A DNA stretch of 63,996 nt, counting the filler, from Sphacelaria rigidula (lineage: Eukaryota): NCBI GenBank assembly GCA_964200075.2. It is 4 parts of 4 records of this genome, joined end to end, with 100 filler letters (N's around TTAATTAATTAA, not from the genome) between each part and the next. Parts side by side here need not be neighbours in the genome. Positions count along the whole stretch, not along the records: positions 1 to 15,959 come from CAXNAA020001540.1; 3 more parts are not named here. The stretch is one strand, 5' to 3'. The translations under genes and the position numbers were made by a program. Under the pieces are notes generated by a model. That model was not told where the DNA came from and searched no databases. It was given only the letters and a program-made list of their open reading frames with translations. The stretch's first letter is position 1, and every line of letters begins with the position of its first letter. Positions 1 through 12,719 of the stretch are shown here, in pieces.

Positions 1-75
1 TGGACGCCGGTCTACACCATTCGGTATATGTGGGCGCACCAGCCGGGGTCACACAGGAGGAAGGCCAACACAGGA
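1..75 (-). mobile_element. Fragment of tRNA-derived SINE family 1 (body)
   Basis: Reverse complement matches 8380-8430 and 23625-23695 (CCTTCCTCCTGTGTGACCCCGGCTGGTGCGCCC...TAGACCGGCGTCCA). Confidence 0.75.
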
Positions 76-588
76 TGTGTAGGGTTGCCAAATGCCTCAG
101 CTTTTACTAGGTACCAGGAACGCTGATGACGGGCTACGCACTTCCTGTGACAACGCCAGCCTCGCGTATTCCAGGGTCGCCAGCTACACGCCCCGGCACG
201 CGTCTGCTGGCTCCCGGTCACGGCCATCTCTGTGATACCGTTCGCAATTTTTGTCGCGTGATCCGCGGACGGCCGGTCTGCTCGGGCCGTGCCACTTCTC
301 GTGCAAGTATTTGCACGTCTCCAAGATTCTTCGGCGTTTGTTATCCATCCAATCGCAGAACAATGCAGCCGATGAATTCCGCTGGCTGGCCGCAACCACC
401 AGCCCGCCGCCAACAACACTCGCCCGTGAAGTCGCCACTGTTGTTTCCCCCTCGCTAACCCCCATGGTAGCTCGCCCATTATCGCTGCCGCATTCCACTG
501 CGGGGTCGCACCCCCCAGACCGCTGATGAAAACACCGGCGCTCCCTTCGCGTCTGCCATCACCGCCGCCGCTTGAACCGCATATCTTT

Positions 589-790
589 TGTGGAAGGAAT
601 GAGTTTGACATGTGAACAGTGAGGCTTGCAAGGGGTAAGGGGCCCCGGAGATCACTGATGTATCATACCGGGACGGACCACACAGCGTGTCTTTTGTTCA
701 GGAAGCGAACCGTTTACCCATTGAAGCAGTGAGCGCTCACTCGTTCGATGGATAAACTGTTCGCTTCCTAAACAAAATATAGTCTTCCCT
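589..790. mobile_element. Partial copy of palindromic (foldback) repeat family
   Basis: TGTGGAAGGAATGAGTTT...CCCCGGAGATCACTG...GGACGGACCACACAGC...GTTCAGGAAGCGAACCGTTTACCCATTGAAGCAGTGAGCGCTCACT is shared with 41096-41472 and 45052-45456. Confidence 0.75.
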
Positions 791-1398
791 TCCTGAACAC
801 CTTCTACGTGGAGCGAGATAATCCGAGCGTACGCCGACATAGATTTCGAGTTGTGAAGTTGAACGATACAACAGTATGACGATCGCATGCAGTGATCATG
901 ACATTAGATGAAGCGGCAACCAAAGTCCTCTTGCCATTGGACGGCACAGCATGACAGCCGCACAATTGAAGACACCTGTGATCAGAAGTATTGACGTACA
1001 ATACTACAGGCATCCACTCCCCGGCACACTCGCTAACCGTACATGTGGAAGATTACCAAGACTTACTCACAGTTGGAATGTAACGTCTGGAGCACTTCTG
1101 AGACGTCGGCCGGGGCAGACCGCACGTAAGATACGGCACGGCAATCGGTCTCGAGGTAACAGCGTCACAACATTCCTCATGCACTACTGCCGCGCGAAGT
1201 AGAAGTGCTCAAAATCCCGCGCATCCGGCTGATTTCCCCTTGTTCCCGCTGATGATCGTGACTTTTGAACGAAATTGAGGATGCCTACATTTCAGGGTTA
1301 TCATCCACACGAACCCTCGACCCTTTACAACATGAACAACTAGATCACATGGCTGCCACGTTGTACCCATCTATCGTTTTTCCGTCTCTTCCGGACAG

Positions 1399-4300
1399 GT
1401 AATGAAGTGCCTGCACCACTGTCGCGGCCATCCCGTCCGACGTATGCCACACCCGCGGTTGAAGCAGATCTCCACTCACGCAATCCGAACGTACAGCGCC
1501 GATGGAAAATCTGAGGGACATCGCCGAGGGTCACGCCGTCGAAGGGTCAAACCGAAAAAGTGGCGGAGCTCCCCTTCGCAAGGAAACGATGCGGCGACGG
1601 TACTGCTCAGTGCGTCGGAGGCGTCCGTCGCGTCCACTGATGGTGCATTTGTACAAAAACAGGGGTCGGAGGGATGCAACGACCGTCCGAGCGCAGAAGG
1701 TAACAACTTTAAATTTCGATCGGACGGGGAAGGCGCGGCTTGTGAAATCTCCTTTACCTCGGCGTCGGAAAACAATACACAGGAGGAGTCACCATGGAAT
1801 TCGCCGACAGTGCCTCTCAAGGAAGCGGGTAACACTCCCCGCAAAAGCGCGAGAGCTGCCGGTTGTAGAGTCGTGGAGGTACAGACTTCAACTCCGTCAG
1901 CCAAGCCTAAGAAAAGACGTACCCCGCCCAACTCCGGCAGAGGCACACCCCCGCATGCTCACATACGTAGATCGATACGGAAAAGGACCGCGATGAATCA
2001 TCCGGAGGTTGACAGCGCATGGGGAGCATGGCATGAACAACAGAAGGCTGCGTTGCAGCATAGAAACGGGGTGAAGAGAGATCAGCTGCTGGCAATACAC
2101 TCTCCCGAGGGAGCGCCGACATCCGCATCCCCATATAACGCGAGACGGGGTCCTACTCGGGGGCCACCCGGGGGATTTTTCACGCCGTCGGGACTCCGTA
2201 ACAAGAGACCAGGCTGACCATGCACCTCGCAACCAACTCCTGCAGGCGGGTTGGCATCAAAATCAAAGCGAAAAAATAAGGCTACAAATGCTACCGCTCC
2301 TGGGGTCGAGCGGTGTCGAGTTGAAGTTGTCGACAGCTCATCTTTGGCGGCTTCGGAACAAGAGCAGGTAGCGCCGGCGCCTACGAACGGGGTTGCCAGC
2401 GAGCTAACGAATCATCCCGGCCGCCGGACACCACCCCCGACACTGATCGTGGTGAACATCGCGCGCGCGGTGAAAAAGAGAGGACGTCGACGCGACGCAG
2501 TTGTTTTCAAGGTCCTAACGGCAATCGTGATAGCTGCAGGAAGGTGCATTCTGCGCAGGCAGGGTCTACCCCGGTTAGTGGTATGATTGGGGGTAAAGGA
2601 CGTAAGCTGGGTCGTCACGATGTGTGTGGCATCTAGTTCCCCGTCGTCGGCAACGCATGCAACACGCGCTCCTCCTGCGGCCGGATACACGACCCGGTAT
2701 CGCGACTGTGCTTCGCCTGCCATCCACCAGGACCCGGCGAAGGAAATGCCTGGCGTCCTATTGGGGCGCACGAATTCCGGAGACTCGGCTCGTTCTGGAG
2801 TCGTGTGCGGATGGTGATGGTGTACGCCCGGCTGCGCTTGTGCAAAACTATTAACCGAGTTCAATGCGCTTATGCAACCGGGATGGTTATTTGTGGCGCT
2901 CACTCGAGCGACACAGGACTGCGAGTGATAGACGGAAGGCAAAGTCGCACCCTCCGGTTTGCTGCACACCCGCGACTGTTGGTTGAACTTCCCCCCCCCG
3001 CCTAATCCTTGCCGAGCCGGACTTTGTTGCAAAAGCACACCATCAAGTCATTGCGGCCGTTGAGGCGGGGCGCGTTGTGGGACTGGAGGTTGTTCAATCC
3101 TGGCTGACCGAAGCCAGAACCGTAGCAAACGTCTGGGAATTTTCGATGCGGCGGCGGACGGCGCAGTCGGCGCCAAGCTTGAGATGATAAGCGGGGTCGA
3201 TGGGCGGCGCAACTTCATATATATCGTTCCTTCCGTAGTGGCGCCCGAGGAAGCCATGGTGGCCTACGTTAAACTTCGAACATGCGTGCCATGGTGCGAG
3301 AACTGGAGAGTTCCGTCTCCCGCCTCACCGCCCAGATCGACAGTGGTCAGTCTGTTGAATCCGCACCCCAGCGGGTAACAGCTGCCGGTTCGGCGGGGGA
3401 GAAATGAACCGTGATCATAGCGACTGGGTCTATCGTCAGGATGGACATTGAAAGTGCACAAGAACTGAGGAATGTATCGTGGGACAGGGACTATAAAAAA
3501 GCCGCCGACATATTGAGGAATATTCGACCCATGATACAACTTCTGACGGATGATACGCCGCCGGCACTGTTGGCATTGCTGAGCAGTCTGTGCCGTTTGA
3601 ATGTGTCGAGTAATGGTCCGGACTTGCTTTTTCCGACCGTGGAGAACGCAAGGAGTGGTAGGCAAGGGGATTCTGTTCATGCGCCTCGCACCGCCGCGGG
3701 GTATGATGTCGCCATGTCGGTGGCGCGGGATGGCGGGGCGGGTTTGGTGGGCACCGCGAACGGGTCTGGTGGTGGTACGCCACAACGAGAACACGGGGGC
3801 GCAGTTCAACGGGGATCGGCGATGTCCCACGCCAGCGCCAAAACACATGGATCGACGCCGCGAGAACAGGCGCTGCGCAAGGAGATGAGGAAGAGGAAGA
3901 GGCAGATTGGGAGGCTGTACACGATCGCGCAAAAACCTCGTCAAGACTGTTTTAGGCCGGGGATTTAGAGCAATGTACGACTTCCATCAAGCGCAGGTGT
4001 TGAAAATGCACGGCACACCCATGGCTGTCATCGACTACATTGCTGCCCACAGATTCTGCAAGACAGAGTTGATGCGGTACAAGCCGGAGCAGCTCTAGGT
4101 GAAGTGGAGGTTGGACAAACATCTCATGGCCCTTGCGTTGAGGGCTGCTGCGATTTCTTGGGACAAGTGCGATTTTCGGCCGACGACGAGTGTTACGGGG
4201 GCCAGCGCATATGTGAGTACTATAGCGGCCACCTGCGTGGCTGTGGGAAATCTTCCTGGGCATCTGTCGCTCATGCACGTGCACCGCTGGCAAGGTGAGC

Positions 4301-5548
4301 TGGTGGCCGCGGATATCACGACGGGACCCCCCTGGCACAGAGACGGTGAGCAATGGGAGCGTTACCTCTCCGTCTTCGACGATGCGGCATTCCGTTGGGC
4401 GGTGCCAAGGATCGTAGGTAAAGGTAGCCACATCGACACGTGCTTGGAGATCGAATTCAGACAGGTGAACAGAATTGTCGTTTTTTGGGTACTCTTTGTC
4501 TGAACGTGCACGGAAATTTTTCCACGCCTCTCTCTCAAAATTTGGTCGGGATATTAGTGTCGAAACATGTAAGATGACGCACCTGTGCATGCGGTGCAGC
4601 GTTGCGTCTAGTATCGGAATATTTTGACATTGGAGCTGAGCTCGCATGAACTTGAGGTTGTTTACACTTGGGCGCCGCGCCTTGGAAATTCAATTGGATT
4701 CACTCGTGACAAGTAGTTTGGAAAGCTGCGGGTTCGGAATCCCTCGAGGCGCCGTTTGTGTCTTTCCTACCCGGTACTGAGACCCCATCGTAAAAACAGC
4801 ACGAGTAAGCGAGTAGGAGAGGCGTAGTCTCTGGAAACATTTCAGAGGATGCAGGAGTGCTTCTCCCATTTGAGATGCAAGATTTATGATCGCGTGCAGC
4901 GGAAGGTATTCGGTGGCCCCACGAGACGGCGTGCCCAGCTCGCAAAAAGGCATGAATTGAAGGTGAGACGGCAAACAAATGCCTAACGGAATGAATACCC
5001 CACGCCATCCGCCCTCATTTGATTTCATGCTCAAATTCCCCCCCACATAGTTTCATTACTTTTTTTTTTGTCACAACTTAGTCTGCTGTGTCGTTCTGCT
5101 CGACCCCTCTTTCTTTTTTTATGTTCCTTTATTTCTTCTGTTCCTCCTTTTTTTCTCAGCGCGTGTTTCATTGTCGTTTTCTTGGGTACGACTTTTATGA
5201 GACCACGGCTGGACCCCTGGGGGGTCAGTCAAAGTGCGACAATCAATCACTCAATCAATCAAGACGATACCGATGATGCAGAGGGAGCTGCAGGTGTTCA
5301 AGTACCTCTTTATACAACTGGGCATCACGAAGAGTTGGTCCGACTCGAAGGCCGCCATCGACCGTCTTGCTGATGTACGCCGCGTGGATAAAGGGGTTCA
5401 TCGGCATGCATGGTTGCCAGAGGGCGGGTCAAAGTAGTCAGCCAGGATCTGGATTGAAGATTCAGATTCCGAGTGCAATGGCTCGGAGAGAAAGGATTCG
5501 GCATCGGAAGCTGGCAAAGACCACCACGATGACTTCGCGTTTTGATTG
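1399..5548 (+). pseudogene. Decayed large gene: low-complexity N-terminus and putative C-terminal 2OG-Fe(II) dioxygenase-like domain
   Basis: Chain of + strand ORF pieces (1402-2217, 2251-2586, 3184-3378, 3411-3968, 3907-4098, 4099-4463, 4714-4962, 5262-5548) broken by stops and frameshifts. Motifs: WHRD (4333-4344), GIPRGAVCVF, WKH (4832-4840), ARFMIACSGR. Splice-like sites at 1398, 4463 and 4962. Confidence 0.45.
5050..5262 (+). mobile_element. 5'-truncated non-LTR retroelement 3' end with (CAAT)n tail
   Basis: T-rich tract followed by GAGACCACGGCTGGACCCCTGGGGGGTCAGTCAAAGTGCGACAATCAATCACTCAATCAATC; same end at ~18700, 21705, 25890 and 28432. Confidence 0.65.
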
Positions 5549-8074
5549 AACCTGTAGAGAAAATCTGAGGCATGTTTCATGCAAATGAGTTGCGGAGGTA
5601 TATGTGTAACCCTGGCGATTGTCTTTTGCAGGAGGAATTTATATATAACCCGTGCGTTGGGCTGATAAAGACGTTGTACAGCGCTTGGTACGGTGCGCTC
5701 TTCGGTGCAGACGTCTACGGCGGGTAGTCCGCCGACGCCGTCGGGCGAATTGCGGGTTGTGCCTGAAGATAAATATTAATACTAATGGAACTAATCATAA
5801 AACATAAATCAGGAGAAAACCATGGTCCTGCAGTGAACTATTTGAATACTGTGCAACACGACCACCGCGCGCGCATCGACTCCAGTCGTGAGGTGACGTC
5901 CATAGTATTCTGCACAGCTGGCAAACCACCACAAATCTTTGGTATGATAGATAACCGATCATGAAAATTGAAAATGAAGTTTTTCATTGAGGATGATGAG
6001 TCGGTTAATTAAAACATTCATACCCACACCGATTTCTCGAACTATGGCTGCATTCCTTCACGCTGTTGACCACTACTGCACGCCATACAACTTGTATTCC
6101 GAGAACAGAAATGTTGGGGTCCTACGTGAGTTTGTTTTCGGGGGGTGGGAGGGGGGTGGGGGGGGGGGGGGGGGGGGGGACAAAACGGAACACCCGACTT
6201 CCATCCTCCACGTCGAGGATCACCTGTTCAAAGGGCTGAACGCTGGAGGAACATCGGATGATGTCTTTCATCCCCTAACCTTTCGAAAGTTTACTAACAA
6301 ACTTCCGTCTGCACCACAACGGACAGTCGATGTGACCACCAATAAATCGAAGTAAACACTGGCGCCATTTCCGCGGTATCACTCATCTATTTCCGACAGC
6401 TTACAGTAGGAAGCATGCTTCACGCGCCGCCCCGGCGACAGCGGCAAGCACATGTTTGTAACGTCTTTCCCACTGACGGGCAATGTTGACTATTGCATGT
6501 ATGGGTGCAGGAGAAGATATTTCTCACGCTACAAACACGCGGCGCAATAACTACCTGCTCGATTTGGATACCACCCATGACCCAATGACTTTTTACGCCG
6601 CACTTCGCATATTGTAACACCCCTGGCTGACATGGTAATATCTCGACGCACACGGCAGCTGTCGATACAAATCAAACTGCTCTGTGTAGATAAAACGTGT
6701 ACCTACCAGTCCTTCACTTCCTGGCGGCCAACACTCTTGTCGCAAGATTAGAAGTAGGGGTGAAGTGAAGATCATCTACTGCAGATATTGCACTGTTTCG
6801 AAACTCAATTGGAGCCTGCTAGGGCTTGAACGACGGCTAGTATCTAGTTGTACCTGCCTGTAGAGTGTCAGCGTGGTGACGTTCGTCAACAGTGAGTAAT
6901 CTTCTGTCGCGTGAAGGACGGGCATGTTGGAAAATGACTTTTTTGCTTGAACAGATAGTTCTCACTTTTTTTAGGGGTATTCATCGCTGGTTTGTAAGCT
7001 GTACTGGTGAGCTGTACTGGGCGGAATTGGGCCAGATTGCGATGGAAAGGTAGCTTTAGATACATACTACTGCTGTGTATCGCTTTAGTTGCGATATAGC
7101 CCTCTGTACATTTGGGGGTGGTGGTGGGAAACGTGACACTAACCCCCGGCGTAACACTGGCGCGAATGCGTATCGGAGGCCAAATGGAGAACGACCAGTG
7201 TAATTGTACAAAGGGAGTACAGTACCTGGTATCTACTGTATTCTGCCCACTATTCCAGTTCGTGCGCCGTGACGAGTGGAATTGAGCTGTAGTTTTTCTA
7301 TGAGGTGGTCACGAAGTTGCTTTGTAATGCTAGTATAGTTTTGATTGGACGCTCCATAAATCCAGTGGACTCCATGGTGTCTTTTCGGGGGTGGTTTGAA
7401 GCATGACATTAAATCAAGCGGAACATGCGTCATCGAGGGTGTTACACAGGACCTCGTGTATGAGCTAGAGACGAGAAGGGCCATTGAGAACAACGAGTGA
7501 TGATCGTTTCACCTGGTGTCGACGTACTTTTGCCAAGCGTTTCTGGCCAATGATATCCTGCCCGACTTCTGCGCCAAGCACGCAAATGAGAAGAGCACAT
7601 GATGCGGCTGCCTGCTAGCATCGTCCGCCATCACTCCCCACTCGATCGATCGGTTCGCCGTGGCGGGCTTCCTTGCAGCTGTACACGCTACGCGTTTCAC
7701 TCGCTTACTTTGGCATTTGGGTGCACGATACAGGACGCACTCACTTTACCGTTTTATATCGCAAGCACGAAGCTGGAGTACACGCCAAGATACTACGGCC
7801 CGCGTACGGGCAACGCAAGCGTCAGAGGACGCGCTCAGCATATCAGGGCCAAGGCTCACTCTACAACAACATGTGTCATGTTTAGATAGATCATCACCAT
7901 GGATATACTCTCAATACCCGTTTGCCATAGTGAAGGGGTGGTGACCGACCTGATCTGTGTATTATGATTGTTTCCACCTCATGTAAGTTCCGAGAGGCAT
8001 CCGACGGTACGGTGCTCCGCACGAACCTCCGAGTATCTGCAGCTGCACCGCACGCAAGGCATGGTACAGTGACC

Positions 8075-8502
8075 GGTCGCCCCGGTGGCTCCGTCGGTAA
8101 CCTCGAAACCTTCTGACGGTTGGGTCGTGGGTTCGAATCTCGGTGTGCAGTCACATGATCTGAGATTTTTGCTCACATAATGTCCAATAGTGGAAAGCGA
8201 CTACGTCGTGGGTACACAAAAGTCGACTTCACGGTTGACGAGGGAAAGGGGGTGCTGAACTCCTGTGTCTCTCGATGAAAAAATAAGGCAAGCACAGCAG
8301 AAGGAGAGTGGAGAGAGAACTAAAACAAACAATTTGAAAAAAAGAAGAAAACTCCTGTGGTGGCCTTCCTCCTTTGTGACCCCGGCTGGTGCGCCCGCGT
8401 ATACCGAAAGGTGTAGACTGGCGTCCAAAATAGACGGGGACATGAAGCTTTTGAATCACCCAGCTGCTTGCGGACATCGGTGGCGACGGTGGGGGGGGGG
8501 GG
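8075..8502 (+). mobile_element. tRNA-derived SINE family 1
   Basis: Head GGTCGCCCCGGTGGCTCCGTCGGT...GGTTCGAATCTC with Pol III A/B-box-like motifs, followed by a ~350-bp body shared with 9045-9377 (-) and 23361-23715 (+). Confidence 0.8.
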
Positions 8503-9044
8503 GTCACCACTGGGCAACAGCAAAGACCGAAGACCGACCCTTGATATGGGAGGTTGTGTGCGGCGGACGGTGCTTATCTCAGCTACAAAGATTCACATTG
8601 TTGTTCTGTCTCCATGTATGTGTGTGTTAAAAATTCAAAAAATTCCAACCAGCACGAAAGCGGGACGTTTTGTTGCACACGCTATCTCGCGCAGTTCTGA
8701 TTCACTACGATATTACGTAGGGGAAACCTGAAACTTGCATCCGGTTTCTTCTTGCACATCTTGCACATCTTCTAATGACGATGTAGTGACAAATATCGTC
8801 TTCACGGTAGTTGAGCTACACACGCGGCCATTCGCCTTCTTGAAAATTCTCTACTGGTACTGTATTCACATCGTGATTTTCATCCTCTGGAGGGACAAAT
8901 GACCCTCCTGTTGAATGAAATGCGATCTGTCGGGTGGTTCATGATGCCTCTGGAGTGGACAGTAAACAAGTGAATGAAAGTTCACCAACTGCAACATAAA
9001 ATAATGCGCGTGCGTGTTCGTGTGTGTGTGTTGCGACGTCGTCT

Positions 9045-9377
9045 TTCATATCTATTCTGGACGCCGCTCTACATCTCTTGTTGACGTACCAGTCGCAGTC
9101 ACACAGGAGAAGGGTGATCACAGCTACTTTTCTTTCTTATTCGTTTCAATATTCCACCATCCTTCTGCGACGCCTGCCTTTGTTTTCTATCGCGAGAGGA
9201 GTCCAGCAGTCCACTTTCCCTCCAAGACCGTTACGTCGGATGTTGTGTACCCACGACATGGTCGCTCTCCACTGCTAGGCATGGTGTGAGAAAAAATCCC
9301 AGATCGCTCCGAGATTCGAACCCACGACCCAACCGTCAGAAGGGTTAGAGGTTACCAACTGAGCCACCGAGGCGACC
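9045..9377 (-). mobile_element. tRNA-derived SINE family 1
   Basis: Reverse complement reads GGTCGCCTCGGTGGCTCAGTTGGTAACC...GGGTTCGAATCTCGG followed by the homologous body. Confidence 0.8.
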
Positions 9378-12300
9378 TCGTGAGAACGCATTAATTCGTC
9401 CATACGTTAATACCATATGCTCTGTATACGGTATTATCTACAGGAGCGGGAAATGCCCCTGGATGCCTCAGCCTTCGATGCTGGTCTACCAACTGCCCCG
9501 TCTAAAAGATCGTGCCAACCAACACGCACCACACGCGCTTTCTAAGTGCGGGTAGGGTGGACCCCCCGTTTCTCGAGGGATCACAGTCAGCATTCATTGG
9601 GGTTAGGTTGGTTATGGTCAGGTACGGTGCTGGCTTGGGGTACGAAGTTCCTTCTTATCGTATTGATGGGGTCGCCCTTTTGTATCTTCTTGCTTTTTGT
9701 ACACGACCCCTCGTGAACTCCAGTACTCGTGTTTAGCGAAAATGGTTGATTATTTCAATTCTCCTCAATACTTGTATGCGCGTTGCTCGTGATTTTATGC
9801 GCATTTTCCAGCCGTTCCCCCATATGTAGTATCTTGGTTATGGTAGGTTGTGCATTCGGTTCTGCCGCCGAAGCGCATAGACATGGTGACAGGTGCAAAT
9901 TGCCATGTTGAAAATGATGATCAGACGTGAGTTCAAGAAGAGGGTATATCAGATGAGCTTCCCCTCCGCCTGTGCGACGTATATGATAGAGACAAACAGA
10001 CCAAAGTAGTGCGTGTCAGCGATCGACTTCTTGTGTAGAATAGTCTAGACATATAGTGCATGTCGGATATTTTTCGGCTGTGCGGAACCGAGCGAAAAGA
10101 TACCGATTTCAAAAAAAGTCCTGTGAAAGATCCACGAGCAAAATCGGAAGATCCCAAATCGTCAGTATGCGGTTACCCGAAAAAAGCGAATCCGACAGCC
10201 TCACTCAAGGTTGCGCTGGCGCAGTTCATCCTCCGGCTTCTGCAGAGGTTTTACAGCAACAGTGTCTTTGTGCAGCACACATTGGGGCGCTGGACGCAGC
10301 AGGAGAGGAAAAGTGCCAATGACCGTGAGGAAAAGTTGCACCTACAGCAGACCGTCTTGTTTGATTCGTGTGCGCAATTCACGGCTGGACAGGAGCACGG
10401 ACAGTACCGTTGGAGAGATTTCTGTCCAGCCTCTTGTGCCGGTAAAATGATGCTGCGGCGATGGCATGACGGGCTCACCATGTTGCTGGCGTTCAGCGTT
10501 GGTAAGAAAGAGACTGCAGTCGCTTCCTTATCTGTATAGGAACTTTACGGATTTCTTGGGAATAGTGGTGTATCTGTTGTAGCAGAGTGAATAACCTTGT
10601 CATCTGCATCGAGGAGGGTGTCGGGTGAGGAGGGGAGGGGGGGAAGTAGCCCGGGAGATATCCATTTCCACGATGTGAGTGCTTGTAGGCAATGATTTGT
10701 TTGAAACATTCGATGCACTGGTCGCTGTCGTGTGTCCATAAACCCGGTGCATCCGGCCGCTTCGCGGCTCTCTGTTTTACTCCCATCACAAATGAACGCG
10801 ACCGATTCGCCGGCCAGCTTGTTGGCGTGCAGGCGGACAGGAGGAGGATGAGGACACTCTGGTCGTCTCAAGTCCCACAGGGTAAGCACAAGCCTCCACA
10901 AATCAATACAGTATGTGGTGTCCTTTTTAAAAACGCGTTGAGAGATTTTTCACATGTTCACGGCGCTGTCAAGTGTCCGTTCATCGCGTGTAGCAGATCG
11001 AACAGTACAGTACAGTGTAGTACAGTACAGCAAGCGGTTGTGCTCTGTTATTTTGCGGTATCTTGGGCAGGTAGGGGTCCCACTGACTGTATCACTCGGC
11101 CGACCCTCCGATCTACATTTTATGACCATGATCGACAAGAAGAGCGTTTCACCACAACATACAGCATCGGTTTCGATTATCGTGCTTCCCTTCTGTTTTT
11201 TAGTAAAAGCAAGTCAAGTAGACTCGTGAGAGGGTCAATTCAAAGTTTCGTTGACGATAGGCGTGGTTCTGATGCCTTGTCGGTTTCTCATCATATGTTC
11301 GGACAAATACACAGCCGACTACAACACAATACACCACAGTTTTCAGTTTTCTCACAAAAATACGCACACCCGCAAAAGCCTCTCACGAAAAGTATCGCAA
11401 ACTCGACGTTCCCAGTTTAGTGCCTTCCCCTCTTGAATTGGTGTAGAAACCACCCATTAAAGAGCACTTTTTGGATCAAATATGCCGGGAAGCTCGACTT
11501 CTTAGATACCTCTACTGATGATGACGGCGTGGTTGGGCGCTTGTTTCAGCTCGTCTTGAGGAATGCTGAAATCATACTGGTGTTGTTTCTATTGTAGTGG
11601 TATTGTCTACATTTAAAACCGTTCCGATATCTTCACAAAACTCTGTACCACTGGGCATCTGATGAAAAAACCTTCCGTGGTCACAGATCGCCTACAGTAT
11701 AATTATTAGTCAGTTTCTATGGAACTGTTTATGGGATGGAGCACAGACCTACAAACGCTGCCCTTGCATATTACATGTTTGTGCATATTGAAGTCTCCGC
11801 AGGGGGGATGCGTCATGAACTTTCACGCAAGCTGAAATTACCCGGATGGTCTCGTACTTTGTGACGACCATATCTACCCATTCCAGAACGATTTTTTATT
11901 TAATCTCGATCACAACCTAGTATAGTGGTATGTCTTCTTTGTTGCACCGCAAGGACTTGTGGAGGGAGAGGCGAGAGACTTGGAAAAAAAAGCCACGCGC
12001 TCTGGCATTGAGGAGTTATTGACGTGCGGCAACTCTGAGAGGCAGTGTTCGTGAAAAGCTCGTCAGTGTCCAACCTCCTTCCAACAACATACGATTTTAC
12101 TTGTAGGGCACAGCAGACAACAGTTAGGTTTGAAAATGTCCACAATATTCCCTCCTAGATCCCTTTGATCCAACCCGCAGTCGACAGACGGAAGATCCCT
12201 GAAGGCTGCAAATTACAGCTTTGGCCCATCCCTTCGGCGGTCATCGGGGGCCAAGGGAATCATTTTTCAAGTGATGAACGATGCCGATCCCGCATATGAC

Positions 12301-12719
12301 CGACGAAGGTCAAAGAAATATAGCCTCTTGAGCTCCAGATGCCACAGATGGACGCTAGATAAGGACTGGCTGCTGGGTAAACCGTACGGGCCCGTTTTAA
12401 CGTTTCAACGAGATAACAAAAATGGAAGCACGCCGTGAGAGTGAGATTGAGGGTGATTCTGGCGGTTCTTTGGTTATTTGTTCATGTTTTTGTCCTTTCG
12501 ATTGGTCGAGAGCACATGGGCCACAAAGGAACAGCCGAGTACACACCCGGCATGCTGCCATTTGAGGCAGTTCCCGCAAACATACAATACAGCTACTTTA
12601 GTCACCGATAGCATCGAATCGGGGGTCCTGACGTTGAAGAATAACCTCAACTTCAGTAGGCGATGTATTTACGGGAACCGAAAAACCCTTTGCAATACTA
12701 CTACTGTACGGTACGGTAC

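Noticed and set aside
8075..8150. tRNA gene (also 9305-9377, 23361-23432, 41264-41328)
   Set aside because: A/B boxes are present, but there is no complete cloverleaf or acceptor stem and each is attached to a repeated body: these are SINE-type heads.
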